The position numbers were made by a program, and so were the translations under genes. Source: Nageia nagi (taxonomy: Eukaryota; Plantae; Pinophyta). From it: a stretch of 64,000 nucleotides of DNA. Location of the stretch: positions 188,170,001 through 188,234,000 of the forward strand of contig JBITNC010000001.1 of the NCBI GenBank assembly GCA_050084985.1, read 5' to 3'. Each line of letters opens with the position of its first letter. Position 1 is the first letter of the stretch. Shown one piece after another: positions 22,641-35,690 of the stretch. The notes beneath the pieces were generated by a model. That model was not told where the DNA came from, searched no databases, and saw nothing but the letters and a program-made list of their open reading frames with translations.

Positions 22641-23317
22641 CCTGACAGCCCTCTCAAGGTTGAAGTAGGGGTTAAGAGAATGTATGGGCATAACACTTAT
22701 AATCGCCCCTCATGGCTCTCCTTTGAAACTCCAAGCCGCTTGTGCAATCAAACAAATGTTACCTTTTCAAGTGCTTTAGTGAAGATGTTTGCAAGGTTAT
22801 TGTTGAAAGGTATGTATTGAATCTTCTATATTTTGCCCAGTTTTAAATCTCTTATGTAGTGCATGTGAATTTCAATGGGCTTAGTACTCTGCTTCAGTTG
22901 GAGACATAACAACTATCTCTTGATGCTTACTTGGCCAAATGATAGGACCACTCGTGAGTGAAAAAACAAAGCTTGATGTAAATCTTCATCCATTAGCATC
23001 TCCTGCAAAATTTATATCACAATAGCCAAACAACTTGACTTCACAATCGCTCTTATACATGATCCCTTTCATATAGGTGCCCTTTACATATCTCAACAAA
23101 CGTTTGAGTGCTTGCCAATGTGACTCATGTGGTTTAGTGTAAAATCTTTCTAGGTATGAAGTTGTATGTGCAATATCAGGTCTTGCATTGGTGAGATATC
23201 GAAGACTTACCACCATGAACTTAAATAGAGTAGCATCCACCTTAGAGTCTTCAGAACCATCTCTACCAACAAGCTTTAGTTTGAGAGCTGTAGTGAAATT
23301 TTTACTACTAGCCAAAA
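22641..23317 (-). mobile_element. Copia RT/RNase H remnant with PPT and probable short LTR
   Basis: VDATLFKFMVVSLRYLTNARPDI...HWQALKRLLRYVKGT...GYCD; NLANIFTKAL near 22770-22800. PPT-like TGAGGGGCGA next to TATAAGTGTTA at 22701. Confidence 0.75.
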
Positions 23318-23704
23318 TGTTGGAAGATAACAAAAGGAAGAAAGAATGCCAATTATTGATCTAATTGATCAATAGTGAGTGCAAATCTTATAAAGATAGG
23401 AGAGTGCACTTACTAGAAATAGTGCTAGCTACATATTCATCAATCAACTACCAATGCTAATATGAGGGAAATAAAGGATCCAAACACGACGATTGAACAT
23501 GTGTTGTTGTTCTAGTGGCTCATCCAATGACCTATGCCATTTAAAGACACTAGCAAGAGAAGTTGCAACATCAGTTGGTGTAAAGTATGCACAAGCCTAT
23601 CACGCAATAAGTCAAAATTGAAAATCTAATAAGGAGCAACACGTAACATTGATCTTGACAATCTATGATAGGTTTTGATTTGATTGGTTATAAAAGTTGA
23701 GTCA

Positions 23705-24843
23705 TGTGATGTCCCCCTTATACTTTTGGTGGGACCAGTTTGGTCATCTTGTACTATATCTACTTATTGTATTTGTATTTGCAGTGTGCAACTTAGGATA
23801 GGAGGTTTAATGGGTCATGTGGACCCCACTGTGAGCCCCAAGTGGGATGTCTCCCTCCTGAGTGGTAGAATAGACATGTTTTGCATTGGAGATCCTTGAT
23901 TGTGGGAATCCCAAGGTAGATTTATACATTATCATGTTGGACGGCCATCAGAGTGCTAGCGCTAGCTTGGGGAGGGCCCCATATCCCCATGTTGGCTTAT
24001 TAGAGCTCCAAGATCCCCATGTTGTCATATTATGTGTTTATGACACCCACATTGGCATTTAAGTGAATTGGGCCCCCCAATTACCCGACGTTGGATTGGA
24101 AGGGTCTGGAATGATCCCAAGGTGAGCTCCAAACATGGGAAAGGTATAAATAGACATTGGAGCTTCAATATTGGACAACTATTGATCATTATTACTTCTA
24201 CTACAGACCTTCGGGCACAAGTATTAGCAGCGCTAAGCAAACCATTCTTAGACGGAGCGTCTAGAGGGTGATTAGGTAGTGGGATCTTGATCGTCTATAG
24301 CTTAGGTGGAGCACCTAGCCCATTTGGTGGTATTCCGAGGATTCACTTCTACCTTCAATGGTTCACCAAGGTTCGAGGAGGGCTCCTTCAATGGAGAGGA
24401 ATCGAAGTTTGAGGAAGTGTGTCTATCCCGTGGTTCTACAACTATTCCAGATTGGAGATATCATTGTATTGTGACCTAGTTGGCACCCTGGAGGCCAACG
24501 ACTACCCATTGGCCAATGGTACTGTATTTCATTCATTGAATATCATTTGTATAGCCACAGGGCATTGGATCTTGAGTTGTGATTGTATTGCTTCATCTTG
24601 TGCATGTGTTGGATCTTGATGGTTGTATATGTTTATATTTATCATTCGGCAACATCTTGATGTGTTAGGGTTTAGATTATGCATGTTTGAGCCAGACGTT
24701 GGCATTTTGAGTATCTAAATGTTTAATGTGATTGCCCTAACCCTAACGTTGCATGTATGAGGGTATGATTGTATGTTGATGCCCTAGACTTGATGATCCA
24801 ATATTGCTAGTTTGAGCTTGAGTTTAAAATTTGGATCATCACA
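23705..24843 (+). mobile_element. Solo LTR (1139 bp)
   Basis: TGTGATG...CATCACA termini and perfect TSD AGTCA (23700-23704, 24844-24848). TATAAATA near 24145; no internal domain. Confidence 0.92.
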
Positions 24844-27800
24844 AGTCATATCTCGAAAAGAGCGGTAGCTATTGATCCAATTGCTCACCCCATGACTTGC
24901 ATTATTTAGCAGCCTTAACAAAGTAGAAATTAGAGAAAGTCATGCCATTGGCTATGATAGATGAAGCAAGGGCCCCATAGGTATAAAAGGCAATAGCGAG
25001 ATATGTTCGTTGCATGGTGCATGCTTAGAAATCCATAAAGAATGCCAAATTCAGTTGAACCCAATGAAATGAATCAACAACCAATATCTATGTGGAGAGA
25101 TTTGTGGGCTTGTAGGGCTCGAGAGTTAGTAAGAAATATCCATTGCACAAAAGCTCATCGATTGTTTGATCTTGAAGATTGAGGACTCAATAAAAAGAAA
25201 AGCAGATTACAGGGGATGCAACTTGAAACCTCATTGACCATTTGATCAAGAGAGCAAATTAGTTCATAAAGAGGGGTACTAAAAGTAGCTGGAAGGTGCC
25301 TTCAATATCGTCACCCACTTCCTCCTACCCATGACTATGTCAAGGCTAAAACACTCATTGCGAAGTTGTATGCTTCTAAAAGAATTGCAAGACGCCTTCA
25401 ATGTGTCCAACCGCCTCCCCCTATTTACAACAAGGTACCTTCAAATAGGCCAAGGTGCCCACTAGAGGTAGGTGAAGATGTTGTTTGTCAGCAAGAGCAG
25501 TTAGAATTATCAAAGGACATATCAAGGTGACCATCTCATGTATGGTGGAGGTCTACATTGTCAACAAAGAACAGCAAGAACCATTAATGCAGTAATTACG
25601 AATCTCACAATTTGTAGCCCCAAGTTGTTGGTTTCAGCTTCATGAGTAATAAACATTAATGCGTTGTGTGTACTCATGAAATGACTCAGATCTAGAATGA
25701 ATCATTGGTGTGATCAAAGGAATGAAATCTTAAATGCAATTGGGTAAAGGTTCCCTATGAATGATAGCCTTGAGTCCAATTATAAGGAAAGAGAATTCTT
25801 GAGATTCATGCATGGCATCTAGCCTTGTCTGTGTATTTTCTTCTACTTTCTTGTCTGTTGATTGAAATTCGAATGTTTTGTTAATTACCATGGTCTAAGC
25901 CCCCTTTAATTTCTACCAGAATTATTTGTATTGAAGAAATTAATACAAATTTCTATAACTATTTCCTGCCCTATATCTTGTGTTGACTCACAATGTTCGT
26001 TACTTTTTATAGTCATTGAATGTGTGCTTATTTATCGTCTGAAGGTTGATGATTCATGTGTTCGTCTTAATGTCAGTTGATAGATAGGGAAACTCTGATC
26101 TTGGTGCATCACCCTTGTTAGATTAGAATTTCATTTTATGCAATCTAGGGACTTTTGCATTGAATATCTTACAAGGAGCTGACCCTTAAAATACCAGAGG
26201 TCATTTTGCAAGTCACAACATCCCCCACTTGCAGAATTTCCCATGTTGTCCTTTGTGTGAAGTGTTGGTATGAAATGCACCTAGCCTATGGAATAGGTGG
26301 TTGTCATATTAAAAGTAACAACAGTTTTTGGCATGCATAGTGAGACTTGATAAATTCATCTCGATTAAGATTTCAATGGTTGTCTCAATCTTTTTGTTTA
26401 AGAAGAGGCACAATATAATTATTTCACCTGACGACTCCATTGGAAGAAGAGGACTACCGAAAGTAAATGAGACCAAGACTGGCTACTAGATCCACATCAA
26501 GAGCCAATCTTCAAGCTTTGCTACTACTTCTCAATCCTACTTGTAGAAGAAGAGCACATCGCCAAGCTATGGAAATACCACAAAGCCAAATCCCAAGAAG
26601 TTTTCCAGCATGGAATGATTGAGGCCCCTTACAACCACCAGTTCCTTCTCAGAAAGGCCAAAAGTTTAAAATGATTACATATTAAGGTCCAAGTGGAAGG
26701 CCTTAGAGGAAAAAGCCTGGCCAAATCAAGTGGGACTAAGAGCTCCAAACACATCAGCAGCTCTTAAGCAAGTAGGTCCTTCTATAGTTGCCTCGAGTTG
26801 GAATCTGCAAAATATTTTAGCAGCTGCTAAAAAGAGTATCAGCGAGGCTCCTAAACAACATAATATAATTCAGATCCAACCTATAGCTATTTAATATTGC
26901 TGTTGGAAGGCTTAGACCTCCGTGGGCATCAGTCAACACTCAAAAAGCTGAAACATCTGGTCCATTCGATGTAGTGGATTGTATGAAAAAATCTACTGCT
27001 GATATACATCTATGGGACATGCTATCTATGTCTGCACAAATGAAGCACTTGGAGGAAGACTTATGGAAACAAAAGAAATTGGCAAACAAAAGCCATTTGT
27101 AGTCCTCTAGATATTTGGAACTAAGATCAACGCCTCTAGGCCCAGGCCATTCTACATGACTCTGATTCATGAGGATAAGTTAATTCACAATTGCATAAGA
27201 CTTGGCATAATTATTCTTTAATCAAGTGATTTATGGCTTGGTAGAGACTTAATTAAGATATATAAAGATTTTTAAAATCTTTGGTGAGAATCTAAGGCTT
27301 GCATAAATTGGTATAATGTACAAGACTTTATGTAGCTATCTAATAAAGATTTAATCTAGATTAAGACTTAACTAGAGTCTCAATTCTAGATTGACTACAT
27401 CCATCATGTCTAAAAAAGTAGTTGATGCTGAGCTTGAATTATGAGACCGTTGATAAAGGAGTTATCTGCTTGGATGCGGGCTCAATTTAAATATTAAGGA
27501 TGGTTTAAAACTTGTCATTGACCCTACATACATTCTCAAATTTAACAATCACCCAAGGTATAGCCATCATAGAGCTTCCCTCTTCTTTCAATATTGGTTT
27601 ACCAAGAGATTTCACAACAAAGATAGTAGGTTATTTGTTTTTGGATTGGACTCGTATGTTGCTCATAACCAGATATGGGACTAAGATGAAGATTCCATCA
27701 GAACCTCCCCATATGCATTATGTCAAACATGAGCCATTGATCCAAGCGCAAAATGATCAAACCTTCATCTTGCACGAATCACCATTAATCCATAGACAAG

Positions 27801-28631
27801 GTTAGAACCTCAATTTCTTATGAGCAGAAGGACCAATGGGTATCTATAAACTGGGAATGTGGTCTTCATGATACTTTCAAACAAACTGGTATGGGCACTT
27901 ACATGATCTTTGATGAAAATCTTTTAATACTTGAGGATGCAAAAGAACACAAAAATACTTTTGACTTTTGGAAGTTATACTTTGATGGTGCAAAAGCAAT
28001 AAAGGAGCAAGAGTAGTCATCTGTTTGCTTTCTTTTGAAGGAAAGAAAGATACTATGAGCCTTTAGACTTCAATTCAATTGTTCAAATAATGTAGCAAAA
28101 TATGAAGTCTTGGCACATGGACTTTAACTGGAAAAAAGGAAAGGAATCAAGCTCTTGCAAGTTTTTGGAGATGCTGAATCGGTTATCAAACAAGTCTGGT
28201 TTCTTTGCTTAACTCAAAATAAGCTCATGAAATCCTATAGACAAAGGGGGTGGTTTTTGATTAAGGAATTTCATGCCATTAATTTGTAAATTATTTTCAG
28301 AACCCAAAACTCTCAAACTGATCGCATGGCCGTGGTAAGATCACAATTTGACCTAGTAAATCATATGCTACAAAAATGAGCAACACGTGAAATTGATCGT
28401 CAGATTAGCAGTATCCGACAATGATATGTACTGGTACGTATTTGAAGATGATCAACAAATTGTTTGTTTCATTAAACAATCAACGGAACTTGCAGAACTA
28501 GTAGGGAAAGCATTAGTGGTGAATCTTCGTAAATTCACAAATAACAATATTTTTGAAATTTGCATTTGGCGATTTTGGCAGGCTTCTATTACCACCTACT
28601 CGACAAATGTTTAGGGGGGTATATTGTTTTT

Positions 28632-30413
28632 TTGTTGAAGGGTAAAAAGGCGGGGTTTTAAAAGGATCCCCAAAACCTGCCAGATGTTTCATATATGATC
28701 TACAAAAGTTCACTTACTAATCCAAGAGAGTCCATATGTATCTAAGTGACAGCAGAACCACAAATACCTTAAATCCAAGGAAGGCTGTGGTTATTAACAA
28801 CTAATTACAAACTACTCCTAAAACACCATCTATAGTATTTCTGCCCAGTTGCAGCTCAGTTACAACCCTACTACAAACTTAATCAAAGTATATCTTAAGG
28901 GGCCTTTATTGGGCCCAAGAGGTGCCCATACATGTCCAGAGTCTGCCGAAAGCCATTTGTAATCTCTTCTAGAGTTTTCTTTTCCCTATTTTCCTGTTGT
29001 GATGGTCTTCCAACATGGGCTTGTCTAATAGTTGGAGTCTTTGTAGGAGCCTCACCTGTTCTTGCCAGTATCCCTTCATTATCTTGTTCCTTTGCCTTCT
29101 CCTGTTTCTAACTGTCTCCCATTGTTCTTCATCTTCACCAATTTCCATTCCTATAGGTTCTGAACAAGTATGATTTTCTTCCTCAATTTCTTCTATTCTG
29201 TTTCCTAGGTTAGGATTACCTTCCAATAGCAGTAAGGGCTGAAAGGTGTTCCTTTCATTCAAAGGCTGTGATTGTGTTTGATACTGCTCTTGGTTCCTTT
29301 TGTTTGGCTGTGCTTGCATTTGTCTTGGCATGTGTTGAACTTGTCTTTGCATTGGTTTTTGCTGCACCGGTGCTTCCTCTCTAACCTCTTGCTTCTTCTC
29401 TGGACACTCGTTGGTGTAATGATTAAATTTCCTTCATATATTGAATCTCACCAACAAGTTTTCATACACAATCTCCTGCTCCCAAGTCTCTCCATCCTCT
29501 TCATCAATGAAAATCTTTTTCCACAGTTCTTTTGTGATGTCTATATTGATGGAAAATCGTACATTTGTCATTCTGGTCTTTGTTCTGGTTACCTTGTCTA
29601 TGGATATTAAGGATCCTATCCCATTTGCAATTCCTACTATATTACTCATATTCCAGTAATCTATTGGAAAGTTTGGATGACTCAACCATGTAGGAATTAG
29701 ATCAATGTTTTTTGTTTCCTGTCCGAAACCTATATGCCACTTTTTGAGCACCACCAATCCTTTAATTCCTAAAAACCAAGGTCCGAGCTCCATCAGTTTT
29801 TACATATCTTCCTCATACTTAAATTTGAACAACATGAACTCCTTTGGGAGTGACACTAGGCCAGCTTTTCCTTTTGTCATCCATTTTTCAAACATTCACC
29901 TTCAAATAATATCCAGATTTTATCTCAACCCTACAAATTTAATGATCAGAATGCTTTTGTTATTCTCAACCTCATGAATTGCATTGGGGACCGTAATGCT
30001 GATCTCACTGTTGACAACCTTGGATTCGATTTTTGCCTTGATTTGTTCTTCAACTTAGTCTCTGGTTACTATATTGACCCATGAATTTAAAGGTTTTGAA
30101 TCAGGTCTTCGCCTGACCTTCTTCATCACAGGTTTCCTGTTTCCCTTCCCTTTAATTGTCTCCCCTTTCCTAGCATCCATTCCTACATAATTTGGAAGAG
30201 CTCCTGGTTGCGTTTGAATCCCTAGAGGCATGAGCAAAGCCCAGCTGATGCCCTAGCATGCAACTGATCCCACTCCTGGCGTGTCACCTCCTTGTCCCGC
30301 CCATCCAAGCCCTATTTCTTGCTTGTGTTCGCAGGCCCTATATTTATTTTGTAGAACTTGCTTCTTCTTCAATATCCCTTGATAAGATTCTTCACTTGGT
30401 TCATCACTATTCT
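28632..30413 (-). mobile_element. L1-derived element encoding only ORF1 (DUF4283-like plus decayed zinc knuckle), with 3' UTR and short poly(A)
   Basis: ORF1 motifs GPWFLG...LKKW...PTWL...P.DYW...IANGIG...WEQEIVYENL and C-terminus GRPSQQENREKK...RQTLD, with stop at 28895. About 260 nt of 3' UTR and an A-tract follow. TSD GTATATTGTTTTT at 28619-28631 and 30420-30432. Confidence 0.8.
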
Positions 30414-30574
30414 GGGGGTGTATATTGTTTTTATGGGTTGCATTGTTGACCTTTTACAAGGTTTGGACACTTTAAAATTTCAATCACCTATAGCACAAAA
30501 TATGAAATGGCCCATTTCACTTTGAAATAAAAAAAATTCATTTTCTTTCACACATCAGCTACTTATAGCCCAAT

Positions 30575-30870
30575 TTTGTGTGACCTGATAACAAATTTTG
30601 GGCAACTCGGTAGACAATATATGGTGATGCAGTAGTAGATTTGTGGTTACTTGTTAGTAAATTTGTTATGACCTGGTAGCCTATTTATAACGACCCAATA
30701 GCATATTTATGATGACCCGGTAGCAGATTTGTGATGACTTGGTAGCATATTTATGATGATCTCGTAGTAAATGTAGCAAACTTGCGATGACATGGTAGCA
30801 TGTTTGTGATGGCTAAGTATCATATTTGTGATGACTTGATAGCAAATCTTTGAGGACTCGGTAGTAGTTT
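30575..30870. repeat. 22-bp minisatellite (about 13 units)
   Basis: Consensus approximately TTGTGATGACCCGGTAGCATAT in register. Confidence 0.88.
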
Positions 30871-33800
30871 TGGAGTAGGGTATCTTTCAGAGGGTGTAAC
30901 TTTTGATCTAGAATTCTATTTTCAGACCTTTTTTTAAATCAAAGATCTCAAAGAGCTAGGCGTATTAAATTGATCAAATATTGGTTCAACACTCATTAAA
31001 AATCTGAAAAACCCCTTGTAAGATGTTCAATATGAGCTTTAAAGTTTTTGTAGTGCGATATCAAATAAAAAGTGAATAGAGATTTAGCAAGAGTAATAGG
31101 AGGCTAGATTTTAGGGTTACAAATGAAGATTTAGAGAGGACAATACAACTAGCTTGCATGCCTCCCATGTGGCTACCTTGCATGTGTATGCCAATCATGT
31201 ATATTTTTATGTGGCTTCAATTCTTACAGAATTCAGTATATTTTTAGTTTTTACACATTTTTCTTATTAAGCTATTGATTTTGCCAACCTTTTCCATCCT
31301 TTTGTGATTCAAGTACAAAATTCACCAAGTGTTCTAAATAAGTTTTTATCAGACTTGCCACCATTTCTAAAATGGTCTTAGGTAGATTCGTCAAAATTTT
31401 CCAATGTGGTTTGGGGGGGGGGGCAGGTCTTAAAATTTAGCTTGAGAACTAGCCCCCAAAGTTAAGGAAGCATATTATGATCAGATCATACAGCTTAAAA
31501 CAAATAAGCTTCAAAGTGGATTGGTTACATTAGAATCCCTCTTTGACTTAGATGAACAATTCAAAAGCAAGATGGGGATAACCATTGATCAACAAGACTA
31601 TTAAGAAATAGAAATGGCTCCGGAATGGACAATAAAAATGAGTAAGATATCCACAAAAGAAGAGAAGCAATTCTTATATCTAAGTAGCAAATATGAAAGA
31701 GTAATGGCTTGGAACTATGGAGATCTGTGGGGATATGATAAATGCATCATTCAACACATAGTAGAGCTAGCTCTTGATGTTAAGACAGGCAGATAGAAGT
31801 AGAGAACGATTAGTCCTAAAATTGAGCCGCTTATGAGGAAGGAACTCTTCAAATTGTTGGATTCAAAGATCATTTTCCTCCTCAAACATACTACCTGGGT
31901 CTCAAATCTGATGCCCTTAAAAAAGAACGGGTAAATTACACTCTGTGTTGATTTTAAAGACTTGGAATAAAGCTTGTCTAAAAGATCATTACCCTTTGCC
32001 AACAATAGATCGGATCCTTCAAACAGTTGTTAGCTCAGATTCTCTTTGCTAGGTGATTTCTCAGGCTTCAATTAAATATGGGTAAAAGATGATGATCAAT
32101 ATAAAACTGCATTCACTGCTAAATGGTTTCTAGGTCTCAATCAAATATGGTACCACCTTCTAGAGAGTCATGGATATAGCATTCAAGGATTTAATCGACG
32201 GAACATTCTTAATCTATGTGGGTAACCTAACACTTTTCTCCAAGAGAAAGGAAGATAACTTCAAACATTTGGAGAAAATCTTTTAATGATGTCAAGAGTT
32301 CAGAGTATTCCTTAATCCTAAAAAATGCATATTCAATGTTCCACAAGGAAAACTTCTGGGTCATTTAGTATCAAAAGAATGTGTGACCATTGATCTCGAT
32401 AAAGTTAAGATAATCACAAATCTCTCTCTACCTCAACATAAGAATGTTCTGCAATTTTTTTTACGGTTAGATTAACTTTGTCAGGAAACTCATATTGATT
32501 TTGTGGGAAGAGCTAGACCAATGACCTTGATGCAAAAAAATGGTGAGCCATTCAAATGGATGGAAGAAGGAAAGAAAGCCTCTGAAGAAATAAAGAAGGC
32601 TAATAAGAGCCCTTGTATTGATAAACCCAAATTTCAACAAAAAAAAACATAATTTAGAATGCGGAAGACAATTCAATATTGCTGCTTTTCTCACAGAAAA
32701 GAATGATAGCGACAAAAATGAGTGACCTATAGCATTCTTCAGCTAGACTCTGAAAAATTATGAAGTAAAATATAATTTTATGGAGAAACAAGCATATGCC
32801 CTACTCAAAGGACTGGAAAAATTCAAGCACTTGATCTCTAATAACAGAGTCACTGCTTATGTCATTCACCCTTAGTGTAAAAGAATATATTTTAGAAATA
32901 GATATCAGTGAAAAGTGAGCGGGATGGATCACCAAAATATTAGAATATGGTATAAAGATCAAGACAACTAAGTTGATCAGAAATAGAGCTCTATGTCAGA
33001 GCCTTGCAGAGAATCTTGAGGCCTTAGAAGCTGATGAAGGGGTATGCTACATTGGTGAAGATTACAATGCTCAATACTCAATTGAGGAAAGAATTACATA
33101 TATGCAAATGGATCAGTGCCCTTTTGGCATGAACATCGCCCAAAGGTGAACATTCTGGCTTCAAAATACTCCCATATGACCTCATCGAGAATACTTTATT
33201 TAGGAGAAATTTTGATGGAGTTCTGTTAAGATGCATCAAACCAGATCAAATCCAGTCTTTGTTATATGAATTTCATCAAAGGCTCTCGAATGGCCATTAT
33301 TTAGCACAGATCATAATCACAAAAATAATGAGAGTTGAATATTAGTGGCCAAGCATATTTGCAATTGCCCATAATTGGATAAAAGCCTATGAAAAATGTG
33401 AGTTCTTTATAGGTAAGAAAAGAGATGCCCCTCTATCATTGAGATTGATATCAATGGATGAATCATTTTTCCAGTGGGAACTAGATTTTATATGCATGGT
33501 CAATCCGCCATCCAACTCTGGATAGAAACAGGTTTTAAATGCTGCACACTATTCTACACAGTGGAAAAAAACAATTTGTTTGAAAGAAGCCATCGAGTAG
33601 TTCATCATCGACTTTTTGGAAGGGATAATTACCAGATTTGATAGCTCTATTACAATTATTATAGATAAGAAAAAGCATTTACTAGGGCATAAATTGCTGG
33701 TTTTTATTTTAAATACTAGATATAGGTTTTTTCCAATTGTTATCCACAAGGACATGATCTCACAAAATCTACCAACAAGAACCTGATAAGAATAATTAAA

Positions 33801-33889
33801 AAGGGCTAAAAAAATGGGTGAGAATGGGATACACATCTCAAGAAAGCTTTATGGGCATAGAGGATCACTCCTAGGAAGCCACATGACTG

Positions 33890-35690
33890 AGAAAATGGAA
33901 CTCTTCATCAATTCAGACGCAACATATCGGCACATTAGACAAGAGGTCTATGTGGAGCAGCTTAAATGTTTTGAAATGAAAGGGAAAGAGGGATTTGTTT
34001 ATTTGTTGAAAAAAACCTTATTTGGACTATAGAAAGCACCTAGAGCATGGTATGAGAGGATAAATGGCTGGTTCTTGAAGCAAGGATTTGTAAGGAGTAG
34101 GAATGAGGCCACACTCTATATAAATGGAGAAGGTCACAATATTTTGCTTGTGTGTTTGTATGTAGATGATTTGATCTACACCCAAAGTTCTCCTTCAATG
34201 AAGAATCAATTTGAAAAGTCGATGAAAAAGTTGAGATGGAGGACCTTGGATTGATGAGCTATTTTTTGGGCATGGAAGTGCACCAAGATGAGAGTTGAAT
34301 TTTTATTGGGCAGCAAAAATTTGCAAGGATATACTCAAAAAATTCCATATGGAAACTTGTAAGTCTACACCTAGACCCTTTGTTCAAGGAGTTGTTCTAT
34401 CGAACAAGGATGAGGTTAAACATGTAGATGCAACTCACTTTCATAGCATGGTTGGAAGCCTTATCATTTTGATTGCTACAAGACTGGATATTGCTTACTT
34501 GGTGAGTTTAGTGAGTAGTTTTATGGTTGATCCTTCTGAGCTTCACTTGCAGGTAGTGAAGCTGATATTGAGAGATGTGAGAGGTAATTTGGAGTTTGGG
34601 GTAAAATACTCATGCCTCTAATATTGGATTAATTGGATGGGTGGATTCTTATTGGGCAAGTAGTTTGGATGATCAAAAATCAACTTTCGACAACTGTTTC
34701 TCACTTGGTTCCAGTTTTATTAGTTGGAGCTTAAAGGAAACAATCCACCGTGACATTATCTTCAACAGAAGTACAGTATGTGGCGGCATGTTAGGCCTTG
34801 TGGTTGAAGAAAATGTTATGTGACTTGGAAGAGGAGCAGCTGATAGCCACTAAATTGTTTTGTGACAACCAAGGTACAATCTACATTGCATTGAATTTTG
34901 TCCACCATGCTAGATCCAATTATATTGAATGTAATGTCCCAAATTAGTAAAAATGCAATTTTACTCAAAATAGCCAAATTCCAAACCAATTAATTTTTAT
35001 TTGAGACAAAAAAATTAGATCTGAAATATATTGGCCTCAGGATTCAAATACAACACTGATGCCCTAAGACTAGACATCTGACTACAAAGCTCAAATTTAA
35101 GAAATAATGGCCCAAAGGACTGGACGTCTGGCTAGAAGACCAAATCTGACACAAAACAACTCCAGGAAGCACAAATTGGCTGGACGTCACACTACTAGGG
35201 CCTCTAACCCCCGGATCTGAACTCCAAACTAGCTCACTGCAACTCCACTGATTGGACGCACCATTGAAGAAACTTCCAACTCTTGGATCTGCACCATTGG
35301 AACAATGACTTAAGGGTTAAACCCTGGATCTAGAAGGGTTTTTGTCCTCCTAAACCACTCTCTTGCAGGTTTTTGCCCACAAGAGGCTAGAAACTGACTT
35401 TGGAGCCAAGTCTCAAAGAGATGAATGGTTGAACTTGATAGACAAAAAGATGCCCATAAATGGTGTGCTCCTCCCTCATATAGCTAGACGTCCAATTTTG
35501 GGGTCTAGATCTCACCTTGGAATTATGTAAAACTGGGCATCCCACATTGGGCTCACAAATAGCTCTTGGAATTGGAATTACAATTTTGGAATTATGCAAA
35601 ATAGTCTTACTTTCTGCAGAGTAGAGGCTAGTTACAGTGCATAGTGTCCATTGTCTTTGAGAGAGAGTGAATCAAAGGACAAGGAGATTT
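33890..35690 (+). mobile_element. Copia RT/RNase H remnant
   Basis: QEVYVEQ...LKKTLFGL*KAPRAWY, LYVDDL, SMVGSLIIL.ATRLDI, DSYWASSLDD, LFCDNQ; many lesions. Confidence 0.85.
34930..35636. mobile_element. LTR-like insertion in the copia RNase H remnant
   Basis: TGTAA...TTACA termini interrupt the YIE|VH motif; internal repeats contain CTGGACGTC and GGATCTG. No TSD found. Confidence 0.55.

Larger units (their letters stand above)
28502..31444. mobile_element. Insertion with 8-bp TSD (unclassified non-autonomous DNA transposon) in the Tat pol
   Basis: AGAACTAG at 28494-28501 and 31445-31452. Removing the insert restores an in-frame pol linker, QSTELAELAPKVKEAYYDQIIQLKTNKL. No convincing TIR. 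Confidence 0.75.
23318..33885 (+). mobile_element. Decayed Ty3/gypsy Tat element with PR-aRH-RT-RH-INT order, 3'-truncated, with multiple nested insertions
   Basis: Putative 5' LTR TGTTG(23318)...CAACA(26323) and degenerate tRNA-Arg-type PBS TGGCATGCATAGTGAGAC (26329). Additional RNase H WKLYFDGA...CSNNVAKYE...GDAESVIKQV (27965-28200). RT MAWNYGDLWGYD...CVDFKDL (31600-32450), RH (32600-33000) and integrase (33100-33880). Confidence 0.8.
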
